62,322 bases of DNA, taken from the NCBI GenBank assembly GCA_043797665.1, contig JAZDPL010000043.1, forward strand, positions 1-62,322. Direction: 5' to 3'. This DNA comes from Candidatus Omnitrophota bacterium. Lineage in GTDB: Bacteria > Ratteibacteria > UBA8468 > MWAK01. The notes beneath the pieces were generated by a model. That model was given only the letters and a program-made list of their open reading frames with translations. It was not told where the DNA came from and did no database searches. Position numbers and translations under genes: made by a program. Shown piece after piece: positions 19,101 through 31,453 of this stretch (the stretch's first letter is position 1; each line of letters opens with the position of its first letter).

Positions 19101-19518
19101 CTTCGGTACCGGCTTGTCCGTCCCTGCCTAAAGAAGACAGGTCGTACCCCCCGGTGTTACGTGTACCGGGGCATTTATACTGATATTCCTTTCCCCAGGG
19201 GTCAAGGGGTTTCCTTTCTAAGTAGGGTCCGTTCCAGTGTGTGGCGGAAGGGACTCTGGTCAGGAGAGCGTTTAATCCTTCTTCGGTGGTGGGAAAGGCC
19301 CCGTTGTCCAATTCGTATAGTTTTAGCCCGGTGGCAATATTGACGGTGATATCCGCTTTTGTCGCCGAGACCTTTGCCTGTTCCGAACGACCGGTCAGCC
19401 TGGGCATCGCCATGGCGGCTAATACTCCGATTATGATAACCACCAGCATCAACTCAATGAGCGTAAATCCCTGCTTAAAGCATGCAGGGGCAAGCCCCTT
19501 ACTTCGTTTCTTTTTCAT
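19084..19518 (-). CDS. gspG: Type II secretion major pseudopilin GspG
   Basis: G|FTLIELMLVVIIIGVLA, LYELDNGAFPTTEEGL, WNGPYL, DPWGKEYQY, SLGRDGQAGTEDD. Confidence 0.93.
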   Translation of the reverse strand: MKKKRSKGLAPACFKQGFTLIELMLVVIIIGVLAAMAMPRLTGRSEQAKVSATKADITVNIATGLKLYELDNGAFPTTEEGLNALLTRVPSATHWNGPYLERKPLDPWGKEYQYKCPGTRNTGGYDLSSLGRDGQAGTEDDVTN

Positions 19519-20309
19519 ATCGCCTCCCGAATATGTTTTTTCCATTGTGTTTCCAGATCGGACAGAGATTTTAAAGACGGACTGTAAGAAAACCGCAGTG
19601 CGTCTTCAAAAAGTTCCCCCTCTTTCAATCGTCTGCAGAAAGTCGTGAATTTGGTTGTCCCATGTTGAGTAATCAAAAAGTTCACCAGCGAAAGGGATTG
19701 GTGATAAAAGATATTGATGAACTTCTCGTATTTTTTGCTTTTCAGGTCAATGTTGTCCAGTTTAATCAGTACAAACAGGGGAATAAACCGGTTCTGCCTT
19801 AAAAGGTACGCATCGTATTCCTGGACGGAGCCACTTCTCCTTTTTTCTGTCCACTGCGCCACTCCTTCATCTAACCACAAAGGAGCATTATTTTTGAAAC
19901 CGATAAAATCCCGAAATATCAAATGGGTTAATTCGTGGGGCAGAATTGTTTCCATGAAGTTTTTATTTCCCCAGTAGGTACAGATGGTCCGCCGGTCATA
20001 AAAGGTAACCCCTTGAGTCCAGCCGGGTTGGTTGGTTGCGCTAATCATGGTATCGTGGTCCGGATAAGTATAGATTTTGGCACGCTCTTCCCAGAGCCAG
20101 AAATTTTCATATCTCTGGTAGCCTAAATCATAGGCAATGCTCTTATAATATTCTTCAGACGCGTTCAATATTTTTTGAGCAAAGTCTTTGTCCGCGGTGA
20201 AACAGACGATAAAATGCTGACTCCTGGTTTCTTTCCAGTTCTCTTCCGCCCGGGAAGATTGGATAAAGAAAGAATAAAAAATCAAGGCTGTGAACAGTAA
20301 CTTTTTCAT
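19515..20309 (-). CDS. Exported gluzincin metallopeptidase (peptidase MA-like)
   Basis: Signal peptide. HELTH (HExxH) plus PLWLDEGVAQ. Confidence 0.8.
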   Translation of the reverse strand: MKKLLFTALIFYSFFIQSSRAEENWKETRSQHFIVCFTADKDFAQKILNASEEYYKSIAYDLGYQRYENFWLWEERAKIYTYPDHDTMISATNQPGWTQGVTFYDRRTICTYWGNKNFMETILPHELTHLIFRDFIGFKNNAPLWLDEGVAQWTEKRRSGSVQEYDAYLLRQNRFIPLFVLIKLDNIDLKSKKYEKFINIFYHQSLSLVNFLITQHGTTKFTTFCRRLKEGELFEDALRFSYSPSLKSLSDLETQWKKHIREAI

Positions 20310-20325
20310 TGCGGACGCAGACCCA

Positions 20326-21531
20326 TTACTTGACCATCATATTTATCTGGAAGATCGGAAAGAGCATGGCGATGACGACAAAGCCTACCATCAGACCCAC
20401 CCCTAAGATTAGCAGTGGTTCCACCAGAGCCGTAGTTGTCTGAAGCAAATCAGCGGTTTCCTTTTCGTAAAAGTCGGCTATCTCGGCAAAGGTTTCACTG
20501 AGCCTGCCGGATTCTTCTCCTACGGTAATCAGGTTTGTTACTAACGGAGGAATCAGAGGCTCCTTCTTCAGGGCTTCTCCGAAAGAATGTCCTTCTTCCA
20601 CCTCTTTCTGACTGCGTCGTATCCCTTCCTGGAGCGTCTCACTTTCCAGGATGGGAATAGCGGTTTCAATGGATTTCAGGATAGGGATACCGCTTTTGGT
20701 TAAAAGTTCTAAAGTCCGGCAGAGTCTTGACAGTTCCACCTGTACGAAGAATCTGCCGAGGAAAGGCAGACGCAGTTTAGACCGGCTCCAAAACGTTTTT
20801 TTCCCGGTAAACTGTTGCCGGAGGAATTGGACGACGATAACCAGACCTATCACCACCAGAAACCACCAGCGTCTGATGCTGGCGCTTACCGTAAGAACAA
20901 TTTTGGTGGGCAGCGGCAATTCCTGGCCCAGAGCGGAAAAAACCTGGGTCAGTCTGGGCATGACAAAAATGAGCATAAAGATAATGGTACCGATACTGGT
21001 CAGCACCACAAAAAGCGGGTAGGTTAAGGCGGCGCGTATCCGGCTTAAAATTTCCTGCTGTTTTTTCAGGTGCTCGGAAATTCGGCTGAGCGATTCTTCC
21101 ATGGTGCCGTTAACCTCACCCGCCTGGACCATGGTGACGTAAAGGGAAGAAAACAGATAAGGGTACTCGCTCAAAGCCGCAGAAAGTTTCTCACCGTTTT
21201 CGATTCTGCGTTTAATCTGGCTGAGGATAGATTTAAAATTGGCATTTTCACATTGTTCGGAAATAATATCCAAACTTTTCAGGATGGGGACCCCGGAACG
21301 TAATAAGGTAGACAATTGACGGCTAAAATTGACCAGGTCTTTTGTCTTTATTCGGCCGGAGAAGGTAGCGGAAAGGGAAGAAGAGGTCTGGCGGGAAACC
21401 TCTTCTATTTTGAGGGCAAAATAACCGGACTTTGCCAGGAATTCAATGACTTCTTCTTTACTTTGTGCCTGCAAAGTATCCTCGATAATTTCGTCCGGTC
21501 CTTTTTTAGCACGATATTTAAAAATAGGCAT
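20326..21531 (-). CDS. gspF: Type II secretion F / PilC platform protein
   Basis: MPIFKYRA, FSRQLSTLLRSGVPI, AGEVNG, ALTYP, GEESGRL, LVEP. Confidence 0.93.
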   Translation of the reverse strand: MPIFKYRAKKGPDEIIEDTLQAQSKEEVIEFLAKSGYFALKIEEVSRQTSSSLSATFSGRIKTKDLVNFSRQLSTLLRSGVPILKSLDIISEQCENANFKSILSQIKRRIENGEKLSAALSEYPYLFSSLYVTMVQAGEVNGTMEESLSRISEHLKKQQEILSRIRAALTYPLFVVLTSIGTIIFMLIFVMPRLTQVFSALGQELPLPTKIVLTVSASIRRWWFLVVIGLVIVVQFLRQQFTGKKTFWSRSKLRLPFLGRFFVQVELSRLCRTLELLTKSGIPILKSIETAIPILESETLQEGIRRSQKEVEEGHSFGEALKKEPLIPPLVTNLITVGEESGRLSETFAEIADFYEKETADLLQTTTALVEPLLILGVGLMVGFVVIAMLFPIFQINMMVK

Positions 21532-21532
21532 C

Positions 21533-21883
21533 TTAGGAGGTATACCTTGTAAGGCGCGCCTGGTCTGCGGAGGAGAGGTCAAGGAACAACACACTGACAT
21601 TATAAATTTCTTCTCCGTCTTCTTTAATCTTTATGGTGCGGAGAACATTGGCGGCACACTCTATCGGGTCCAAGCCATCCAATAGTTCTACCTTCAGGTT
21701 CAGGATGGTATTGGTCGGAATAGGCTGGTAAGAGACAAAAGCCAATCCACCGATGCTGAGGTCTTTTGCCACCACAAAATACTCTTTCGGGTCGGAAACC
21801 GGTCTGATTATTTTATACCTTACGTTGGTATTCTCTTCAAACCGGGTGAAAATCCTTTTTTCCGCTGGAGTTATTTCATTCAT
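21533..21883 (-). CDS. PilZ-domain protein
   Basis: EKRIFTRF (RxxxR) and DLSIGG (DxSxxG). Confidence 0.85.
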   Translation of the reverse strand: MNEITPAEKRIFTRFEENTNVRYKIIRPVSDPKEYFVVAKDLSIGGLAFVSYQPIPTNTILNLKVELLDGLDPIECAANVLRTIKIKEDGEEIYNVSVLFLDLSSADQARLTRYTS

Positions 21884-23594
21884 ATACTTCGGCCAGAGTT
21901 GCATTGCTGACCTCTTCGGGAGTCGTCAGACCGTTGATTACCCTATGCCATCCGTGCTGACGCAAAGTAACCATTCCATTTTCTATCGCTGCTTTTTTTA
22001 TCTGGCTGGCGGGAACCTTTTTCAGTACCAGGTCGTGAATCTTTTCTGACAACAGGAGAATTTCGTAGATGGCGGTTCTTCCGTAATATCCGAGGAAGTT
22101 GCATTTTTCACAGCCCTTTCCCGCATATACCTTCACTTTTTCTGCCGGGATGTTGCAGTCTTTGGCAATTAAGGACTTAATTTCCGGAGATGCGGAAACG
22201 TCTTCTTCTTTACAATGAGGGCAGATGGTCCTTACCAGCCGTTGGGCAATCAGCGCCAGAACACTGGAGGTAATGAGGTACGGTTCAATGCCCATATCGA
22301 TCAGCCTGGTGACGCCGGAAGCCGCATCATTGGTGTGAAGGGTGGAGAATATTAAGTGACCGGTTAAAGCGATACGGACTGATATCTCCGCTGTTTCTCT
22401 ATCCCGTACCTCTCCGACCATCATCGCATCCGGGTCATGCCGCAGCATACTTCTTAAACCGGAAGCAAAATCCAGGCCGATATGGGATGATACCTGGACC
22501 TGGGTAATATTTTTCATTTCGTATTCAATCGGGTCCTCTAAAGTTATTATCTTTTTCTTTTCGGTAGTGATTTTATTCAGGATGGCGTAAAGGGTGGTAG
22601 TTTTTCCGCTGCCGGTGGGACCGGTAAGAAAGACTATACCGTAAGGCTTTTTTACCAGTTCTTCCAATAACCTCATATCGTCCGGGAAGAAACCCAATTT
22701 CTCCAGGTTGAGGAGAATCTGCATCGGCAGGAGCCGGATGACGACACTCTCGCCATAGGGAGTGGGCAAACAGGAGATTCTTAAGTTCATAGCCTCATCG
22801 ACGATTCTCACGATGGCTCGTCCGTCCTGGGGAAGCCGGTGTTCCACGATGTTGAGGTTGGACATTATTTTTAAACGGGAAATGATGGAATTTAAAAACT
22901 GCTTAATCTGGATCGGAGTTTGTGCTTCCTGTAAAATCCCATCGATTCGATAACGCAGTCTTATCCTCTCCCGGTAAGGTTCGATGTGGATATCCGTAGC
23001 CCGTTTTTTGTAGGCGTCAAGAAGCATCTGGTTGACCAGACGGATGACCGAATGTCCTTCTTCGGTATTTTCGAGGTCGGTAACTTCTTCTATTCGTTCG
23101 GTGACGGGTAAATCTTTCGTTGTCCCCAGTATTTGTTGAATCGTTTCTGCACCCAAACCATAGAGCGATTTCAAGGTGTCATTTACGTCGTCTTCGGTCG
23201 CCAGAACTTCCGTAACCTTATAACCCAGATGAGTTCCAATCTCGTCCTGTAAGATGACACTTTGGGGATAGCAGACCGCGATAGTCAGTACGCCATTTTC
23301 TATGTTGAGCGGGACGAACTTGTAGTACGATACGACTCGGATGGGAATTTTCTCCGCCAAGGATTTGTCGGGGTGAATCTTCTTCAGGTTGACAAAGGAA
23401 ATCGCTAATCTCTCACCTAAAGATTTCAGCACCTCTTCTTCGGATAGGGCGGTTTCCTTAAGGAGAACTGATTTGAAACTTTGGCCGGTGCTCCGGACTT
23501 TTTCCTCCACGGAATTCGCTGATTCCTCACTGAGCAGTCTTTTTTCCAGAAGAACCTGGCGCAGGATAATGTCAAATTTGTTTTTCATAATCAT
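21876..23594 (-). CDS. gspE: GspE/PilB assembly ATPase
   Basis: ATDIHIEP, RLPQDGR, GPTGSGKTTT, LEDPIEY, LRHDPD, GEVRD, STLHTND, CPHC...CEKC. Confidence 0.95.
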   Translation of the reverse strand: MIMKNKFDIILRQVLLEKRLLSEESANSVEEKVRSTGQSFKSVLLKETALSEEEVLKSLGERLAISFVNLKKIHPDKSLAEKIPIRVVSYYKFVPLNIENGVLTIAVCYPQSVILQDEIGTHLGYKVTEVLATEDDVNDTLKSLYGLGAETIQQILGTTKDLPVTERIEEVTDLENTEEGHSVIRLVNQMLLDAYKKRATDIHIEPYRERIRLRYRIDGILQEAQTPIQIKQFLNSIISRLKIMSNLNIVEHRLPQDGRAIVRIVDEAMNLRISCLPTPYGESVVIRLLPMQILLNLEKLGFFPDDMRLLEELVKKPYGIVFLTGPTGSGKTTTLYAILNKITTEKKKIITLEDPIEYEMKNITQVQVSSHIGLDFASGLRSMLRHDPDAMMVGEVRDRETAEISVRIALTGHLIFSTLHTNDAASGVTRLIDMGIEPYLITSSVLALIAQRLVRTICPHCKEEDVSASPEIKSLIAKDCNIPAEKVKVYAGKGCEKCNFLGYYGRTAIYEILLLSEKIHDLVLKKVPASQIKKAAIENGMVTLRQHGWHRVINGLTTPEEVSNATLAEVYE

Positions 23595-24068
23595 TCAATT
23601 ATTCATTTTTTCAATCATTCCAATCAGGGAACTCTTTATAAATTTCCGGTATTTGTCAATAACCGCGGTCATATCGTCAAACGAAGTGAGAACGATCTTC
23701 GCCTTTTTAGGGGCGACCTTTTTCGCCACCTCCGCAATGGTTGCGGCGTCCAGGGGGTCTACGACCGCTACCGTAACCGAGTTATCGTCTTCCGCGATGG
23801 GGAAACATTTATGGTCAATAATAAAAAAAGTCGGAAATTTATTGCCCAGGTTCAAATCCAGGTACATATTTTTGATGCCTAGATAAAGCATTCCGAACTG
23901 TTCCGCCAGGGTTTTTAATAACGCCACTTCGGAAATAATTTTCCTTTTTACCAGGATAGCGCCCAAGAATTCCTTGGAAAGATACTGTTCCATCAGGGCT
24001 TTCTGAAGTTCCTCGTCGGTAACGAGTCCTTTTTCAATTAAGAGTTCACCCAATCGTTTTTTACCCAT
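23595..24068 (-). CDS. Stand-alone MshEN / GspE-N domain protein
   Basis: RLGELLIEKGLVTDEELQKALMEQ followed by a second half-motif FLGAILV...LAEQ. No ATPase domain. Confidence 0.85.
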   Translation of the reverse strand: MGKKRLGELLIEKGLVTDEELQKALMEQYLSKEFLGAILVKRKIISEVALLKTLAEQFGMLYLGIKNMYLDLNLGNKFPTFFIIDHKCFPIAEDDNSVTVAVVDPLDAATIAEVAKKVAPKKAKIVLTSFDDMTAVIDKYRKFIKSSLIGMIEKMNN

Positions 24069-24079
24069 CTTTCTCCTTG

Positions 24080-26309
<2,230 letters not shown>

Positions 26310-26343
26310 ATTTTTTCGTATAATTGCTCATGTAGGGCAAACC

Positions 26344-27837
26344 TTACATATGTTCCTGAAGGTAATGTTTTAAGACTTCGTTAAGCTTGTTCTTTGCTTC
26401 GGCAGAGAGTTCTTTGGTAGTCCTCAGGTCTCCAAGTATTTCGGGATACCCCTGCTGGATGAGATTGATGAATTCAGATTCAAACTTTTTTATCTCCGGC
26501 AGGGAAAACTGGTCCAGGATGCCGAGGTTTAAAGCGTAAAGATAACATATCTGGACTTCCACCGGAACCGGTTGATGCCGGTTCTGAGTGATGAGGTGGG
26601 TTATAACTTCACCATGTTTGAGCACCTTTTCGGCTTCTTTCGAAATAGAACTTGAACTTATCCGGCTCATTCGTAAAAGTTCCTGATAACGCAGGTAGTC
26701 TAACCGGAGGCGTTTACTTACCTCCCGCATTGCGGGCCACTGCGCTTTACTCCCGATACGGGAAACCGAAAGTTTCACGTCGATGGCCGGTTTAATGCCT
26801 TTACGGAAAAGGTCGCTGTCAAAATATGTCTGACCATCGGTCATGGAAATCAGATTGGTAGGAATGTAGCCGGTGAGGTCGCCCTGAAGTATTTCTATTA
26901 TGGGTAAAAACGTCATCGACCCGCCTTTCAACTCCGGTTTTAACCGACCGGCTCTTTCCACCAATTGGGAGTGGATATAGAAGATGTCCCCGGGATACGC
27001 TTCTCTGCCCGGCGCCCGTCCTAAAAGGAGGGATATCTGGCGGTAAATCCAGGCGTGCCGGGTTAAATCATCAAAGACCACCAGGACGTTTTTGCCCTGG
27101 TACATGAAATATTCACCCAACATTGCCGCGGTATAAGGGGCAAGATATTGTTCTCCTACGGAAGCGGAAGCAATTCCGCTGACCACAACCGTATAGGAAA
27201 GGGCTTCTTTTTCGCAGAGAAGGTCCAGAGTTTTTAAAAAACTGGTGTAAGGCTTTCCAATGCAGGCATAAATGCATATTACGTCTTTTCCTGCCTGGTT
27301 TAGTATGGTATCAACCGTGACCGTTGTCTTGCCGGTTAGCCGGTCACCTAAAAACAACTGGCGTTGTCCTTTGGCGATGGGAAAAAGGGTGTCCAGAACG
27401 ATAGTGCCGGTTTCCAGGGTATCCTGGACCGGCAGACGGTCTAAAATGGCTGGTGCCTCCCGGAACACCGGCTGAACTTCCTGAGTTTCAATCGGTCCCA
27501 GGTTGTCTACCGGTTCGCAAAAACTGTTCACCACCCGGCCCATAATCTCTTCGCCGACCGGCAGGTAGAGAGGCTGTCCTTTATTGTAGACTTCATCATT
27601 CAGGCTGATGCCGGACGAGGAACCGAATAATAACACCTGAACCGTATCTTCTTTAAATCCCATTACCAGACCGCGGCCGCCGTTTTCAAACTCTACTATC
27701 TGACCGTTGAAACAGGAGGGGAGTCCGTTTACGTTTACGATGAATTCGTGAATCGATTTTACGTAACCGACCTCACGGACGTCAACCGCCAATGAAGGCG
27801 GGGTACTTTTCAATTGTGGATTAGCCCCCTGATGCAT
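26344..27837 (-). CDS. atpA: F1 ATPase alpha subunit (divergent)
   Basis: GQRQLFLGDRLTGKTT, FDDLTRHA, PGREAYPGDIFYIHSQLVERA, SVSRIG. Confidence 0.95.
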   Translation of the reverse strand: MHQGANPQLKSTPPSLAVDVREVGYVKSIHEFIVNVNGLPSCFNGQIVEFENGGRGLVMGFKEDTVQVLLFGSSSGISLNDEVYNKGQPLYLPVGEEIMGRVVNSFCEPVDNLGPIETQEVQPVFREAPAILDRLPVQDTLETGTIVLDTLFPIAKGQRQLFLGDRLTGKTTVTVDTILNQAGKDVICIYACIGKPYTSFLKTLDLLCEKEALSYTVVVSGIASASVGEQYLAPYTAAMLGEYFMYQGKNVLVVFDDLTRHAWIYRQISLLLGRAPGREAYPGDIFYIHSQLVERAGRLKPELKGGSMTFLPIIEILQGDLTGYIPTNLISMTDGQTYFDSDLFRKGIKPAIDVKLSVSRIGSKAQWPAMREVSKRLRLDYLRYQELLRMSRISSSSISKEAEKVLKHGEVITHLITQNRHQPVPVEVQICYLYALNLGILDQFSLPEIKKFESEFINLIQQGYPEILGDLRTTKELSAEAKNKLNEVLKHYLQEHM

Positions 27838-28546
27838 TTTTGACCGCTTTCTGGATTCTATGTTTCAAACTGCTGTCCGCCACTATATCGCCGATGGTAA
27901 CCATAATACCGGCAATCAGGTTAGGATTAGTGTCTGCTTCTACCGGTATTTTGCGGCCTAATGTTTTGGACAACTTTTCCCGGATATTTTCTTTTTCGGG
28001 GTCGCTTAGCGGCAGGGCAGAAATAATCTTGACCTCGATGTTTCCTTCCGGCAGATGAAAGAGTTCAAGACCCATGTCACTTTCCAGGAATTCCTGAAGG
28101 TAGAAGGAATGAATAACCTGACGAACCCTATCGGGTAAAACCGTAGCGATTAACTGACATGCTTTTTCGCCTGACCGTATTTCAATCTCGCGGTCCAATT
28201 CGTTTTTCAGTACCTGACAGCTTTTTTCAGCCTGGGCAAACATCTGGTCAGATTTTTCTCTTGCGTCCTGGAGAATTCTGTTCTTTATCTCTTCGGTTTC
28301 TTTCCGGGCATCGTCGGTGACCTTTTGGGCTTCGGTTCTCGCCGCGGTGGTCATTTCTGCGGACATCCTTTTAGCGGATTCCAATTGTTTTTCCACGTCG
28401 GTCTGTTTTCTGGTGTAGTCGTCATCCAGTTCCTGAAGATGCGAAGTCGCTTCCGTGATGTTGCGCGCCAGGATATAGCGCAAAAACAGGACCAAACCGA
28501 CAAAGATAACTAAGAAAAGAGTGGCAATCTGGATAAAGAGCATCAT
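27821..28546 (-). CDS. Fused F-ATPase b / delta (OSCP C-terminal) stator-like protein
   Basis: N-terminal TM and Ala-rich coiled coil (b-like). C-terminal SALPLS...NPNLIAGIMVTIGDIVADSSL (delta-like). Confidence 0.8.
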   Translation of the reverse strand: MMLFIQIATLFLVIFVGLVLFLRYILARNITEATSHLQELDDDYTRKQTDVEKQLESAKRMSAEMTTAARTEAQKVTDDARKETEEIKNRILQDAREKSDQMFAQAEKSCQVLKNELDREIEIRSGEKACQLIATVLPDRVRQVIHSFYLQEFLESDMGLELFHLPEGNIEVKIISALPLSDPEKENIREKLSKTLGRKIPVEADTNPNLIAGIMVTIGDIVADSSLKHRIQKAVKNASGG

Positions 28547-29712
28547 TTTATGTCTGTCTTTATGGTTAGGGTATATTTCTTTGCGTAGTTAGCGTGTTCC
28601 CCTTTCGGCTCTAAACGGAGGTACTCTTCCAGATAACCGACTGCCGCTTTCGGTTCTTTCAGGTGTTCGCCGTAGATATAGCCCAGGTAATAGTGTGCGT
28701 TTGCGTCGTTAGGGACCAACTCAATGACCCTCTTAAACTCCTTGACCGCTTTTGAGTATTCTCCGCTCTTAAGATAAAAAAGGCCCACATTATAGTGAGT
28801 ATCAGCGGTTTCCTTGAGAAGTTTTGCATCAGAAACCTGTTTTGTGCCTTTTTTTACTTCCAGGACTTCTTTTTCCTTTTCCAGCGTTGTTTTTTCGGCT
28901 ATAATCTTGCTGTGTTTTGTTAGTAAATTATTATACAGTTTTTTGGTCTCCGCCAGTTCCTTTTCCGTTTTTTGCAGCGTATCCTTTTTTTCGGCTACCG
29001 CCTGATTCAGATGTTTTTGTGCCTGCTCTAATTTAGTAATCTCTTTTTTCAGATTTTTGACCTCTTTTCCTGCTTTGGAGGAGTTATTGGAGACCGCTTC
29101 TTCATTTTCTAACTGTTGTTTTTCCGCCTCTTTCTTTTCCAGTTCGCTCTTATATAATTGTTTGATTTCCTCGAGCAGGTTTAATTTCTGCTCTACCAGT
29201 TCTTTTTCTTTGGCTAACGCCTCTTTTTCCTGCTTTAATCGGTTGGTCAGAGTCAGGGTCTGTTTCTGGGATTCTTCAATCTCTGTCTTCTGTTTTATGA
29301 GGTCATCCATGGTCGCTTTTGTTTTGAGGTTTTCTTCCTCCACCTTGCTCTTTTCGCCGAGCGTTTCCTGCAGTTTTGCCACTAATCTCTCCCGTTCCTG
29401 TTTCAGTCCTTCCAGGTTCAGAGCCAGCGCCTGGTAGTCGGAAGAGAGTGCGGACAGTTTGGTTTTCAAAACCTGTGTTTTTCCTTGTTTGTTAAGTATT
29501 TCCTTTTCTTTCTGTTCCAACTGGGACACCAGGAACTCTTTTTCGCTGACTATTTCTTTCTTTTCGTCACAAACCCTTGTGATACATTCGTTTTTTTCGT
29601 TTAGAGTTTTAGTGAGATGCTGGTAGTAGTTCCAGCCTTTAAATCCGCCGTAGCCTAAACCAGCCAGAACCACCAGAACCAAGACCATAATCTCTACACC
29701 TTTTTTCTGCAT
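28543..29712 (-). CDS. Membrane-anchored long coiled-coil protein with C-terminal TPR
   Basis: N-terminal TM, about 270 aa E/K-rich heptads, HYNVG...PNDANAHYYLG TPRs. Confidence 0.85.
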   Translation of the reverse strand: MQKKGVEIMVLVLVVLAGLGYGGFKGWNYYQHLTKTLNEKNECITRVCDEKKEIVSEKEFLVSQLEQKEKEILNKQGKTQVLKTKLSALSSDYQALALNLEGLKQERERLVAKLQETLGEKSKVEEENLKTKATMDDLIKQKTEIEESQKQTLTLTNRLKQEKEALAKEKELVEQKLNLLEEIKQLYKSELEKKEAEKQQLENEEAVSNNSSKAGKEVKNLKKEITKLEQAQKHLNQAVAEKKDTLQKTEKELAETKKLYNNLLTKHSKIIAEKTTLEKEKEVLEVKKGTKQVSDAKLLKETADTHYNVGLFYLKSGEYSKAVKEFKRVIELVPNDANAHYYLGYIYGEHLKEPKAAVGYLEEYLRLEPKGEHANYAKKYTLTIKTDIK

Positions 29713-29746
29713 CGTTCCTCCTCTATAAAATTTATGGGTTAAGGGC

Positions 29747-31453
29747 CTAATATTCTCTTTCTACTGGTTTTTCCTGTTTTTTTCCTTCCGGTGTTATCAT
29801 AACCTCGTTCCCGAGGGGTTTTTCCTCGCCGGTTATCAACTCGTCTCCGGTAATGATATGAGGAGTGAGCAGGATGAGCAGTTCCGCCCGCACGTTTCTG
29901 GTCGTGGTATCCTTGAAGAGTTTGCCTATCAAGGGGAGCTTACTTAAAAAAGGAATACCCTCACTGTCCTCTGTTTTTTCTTCTTTACGCAGTCCGGCAA
30001 TCAGGAGTGAAACTCCGTCTTTCACGAAAACAGTACTTTCGACCTGGGCGGTATCCACAATCGGTATCTGGTTGCCGCTGGAAGTAGTATAGTAACGGAC
30101 GACATTGCTGATTTCAGGTTTTATAATCATGGTGATATATCCTTCATCGTTAATGGTAGGTGTCACCAGGAGTTTTATGCCCACGTCAATGAAATGGACT
30201 TCTTCGGAAACGGTAGTGGTCGAGGCAGCCTGGGCGGTGGTGCTAGTGCTGTAGACTTCTTTGGTTCCAATGAGAATTTTTGCCTCCTGTCCGTCAACCA
30301 CCGCTAATTTCGGTGCGGAAAGAACCTTGGCGGTGCCAAAGGTTTGCAGGAAGTTAAGTAAGCCTTCATACTGGTTGCTACCGGTTACCTGACCAAAATA
30401 GACCGAGCCGGTCCAACTTGATTTGGCCAAAGCCGGAAGTGTGGAAGTGGGGTCAATTTTCGAGTAGTTGTCAATGGAGGTATTTCCCATCCGGTACGTG
30501 GAATCGTAGGGATGGGAACCGATGAACTGAACGCCCTTGGTGGTCAACTGGGAAAATAGTCCCTCCCAACTGATACCAAATTGTGAACCCTTATTTAAGT
30601 CCACTTTTATGATATTGGTTTCAATCAGTACTTCTTTTGTTTTCTTGTCTAATTGTTTAATCAGCTTTCTGATGTCGTCCATCCTTCGGGCCAAGGCTTG
30701 AACGATTATCTGGTTGTTCTTTTCGTCCGCAACGATAACGCCCACTTTTTTCCCGGCTAAATGGGCGGTAAGACGCGCTTCAACTTCTTTTGCTTTGGCA
30801 TACTGGAGGTTAAATACTTCCAGGGGAACACCGCCTTCCAGAGAGAATAAAGTCTGTTCCATCACAGACAATTTTTCTTTGGTGTCAATAAGAATCACGC
30901 TTCCGGTTTCTTCATCCACCAGGATTCTGCCCACTTCGCTCTTAAGTCCTTCCAATATTTTAAAGACCTTGTCCGGGGACGCGTAAGTAAGCTTGAAAAT
31001 TCTCATTTCCCTGGGGTCGGAGAATTTTCTTCCGTACATCGTCTCGTATTCCCTGGCGGTCATAATGGAGTAGATATCGCCCTTCTTTTCGTAGGCTAAG
31101 TCATTGGAGATGAGGACAATGTCAAGGGCGTCTTTCAGGGTAACATTTTCCACCGAGAGCGTGATTCGTCCGCTGATCCCTTTGCCGATGGCAAAGTTCA
31201 GTTCTCCGGTTTTGGCAATATATTTTAAAGCCTCAATCGCATCTATATTTCGCAAGTCCAGGGAGACCTTTTTGTTTAATCCGGTTTCTTCTCCGGTCTC
31301 TTCGGCTGAGAGCATTACAGACAGGCTGAGGATTAACCCCAGAAGTATAAAAACCTTCATGATCTTAAGACTAATTAAATATTTTGACGTAGGGGTCGGA
31401 TTCATCCGACCCGCGGGCTCGATAAATCGAGCCCCTACAATTTTCTTAATCAT
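29747..31453 (-). CDS. gspD: Secretin (GspD/PilQ family)
   Basis: STN/N domains (VSLDLRNID, LQYAKA), EVLIETNI, VLSAPKL, DVGIKLLVTPTI, GIPFLSKLPLIGKLF, ELLILLTPHI. Alternative start at 31360. Confidence 0.93.
   Translation of the reverse strand: MIKKIVGARFIEPAGRMNPTPTSKYLISLKIMKVFILLGLILSLSVMLSAEETGEETGLNKKVSLDLRNIDAIEALKYIAKTGELNFAIGKGISGRITLSVENVTLKDALDIVLISNDLAYEKKGDIYSIMTAREYETMYGRKFSDPREMRIFKLTYASPDKVFKILEGLKSEVGRILVDEETGSVILIDTKEKLSVMEQTLFSLEGGVPLEVFNLQYAKAKEVEARLTAHLAGKKVGVIVADEKNNQIIVQALARRMDDIRKLIKQLDKKTKEVLIETNIIKVDLNKGSQFGISWEGLFSQLTTKGVQFIGSHPYDSTYRMGNTSIDNYSKIDPTSTLPALAKSSWTGSVYFGQVTGSNQYEGLLNFLQTFGTAKVLSAPKLAVVDGQEAKILIGTKEVYSTSTTAQAASTTTVSEEVHFIDVGIKLLVTPTINDEGYITMIIKPEISNVVRYYTTSSGNQIPIVDTAQVESTVFVKDGVSLLIAGLRKEEKTEDSEGIPFLSKLPLIGKLFKDTTTRNVRAELLILLTPHIITGDELITGEEKPLGNEVMITPEGKKQEKPVEREY
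31389..31438. repeat. REP doublet GTAGGGGTCGG...CCCCTAC inside the secretin 5' end
   Basis: GGGTCGGATTCATCCGACCC and GGGCTCGATAAATCGAGCCC hairpins. Copies at 39672, 43110, 56269. Confidence 0.85.
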
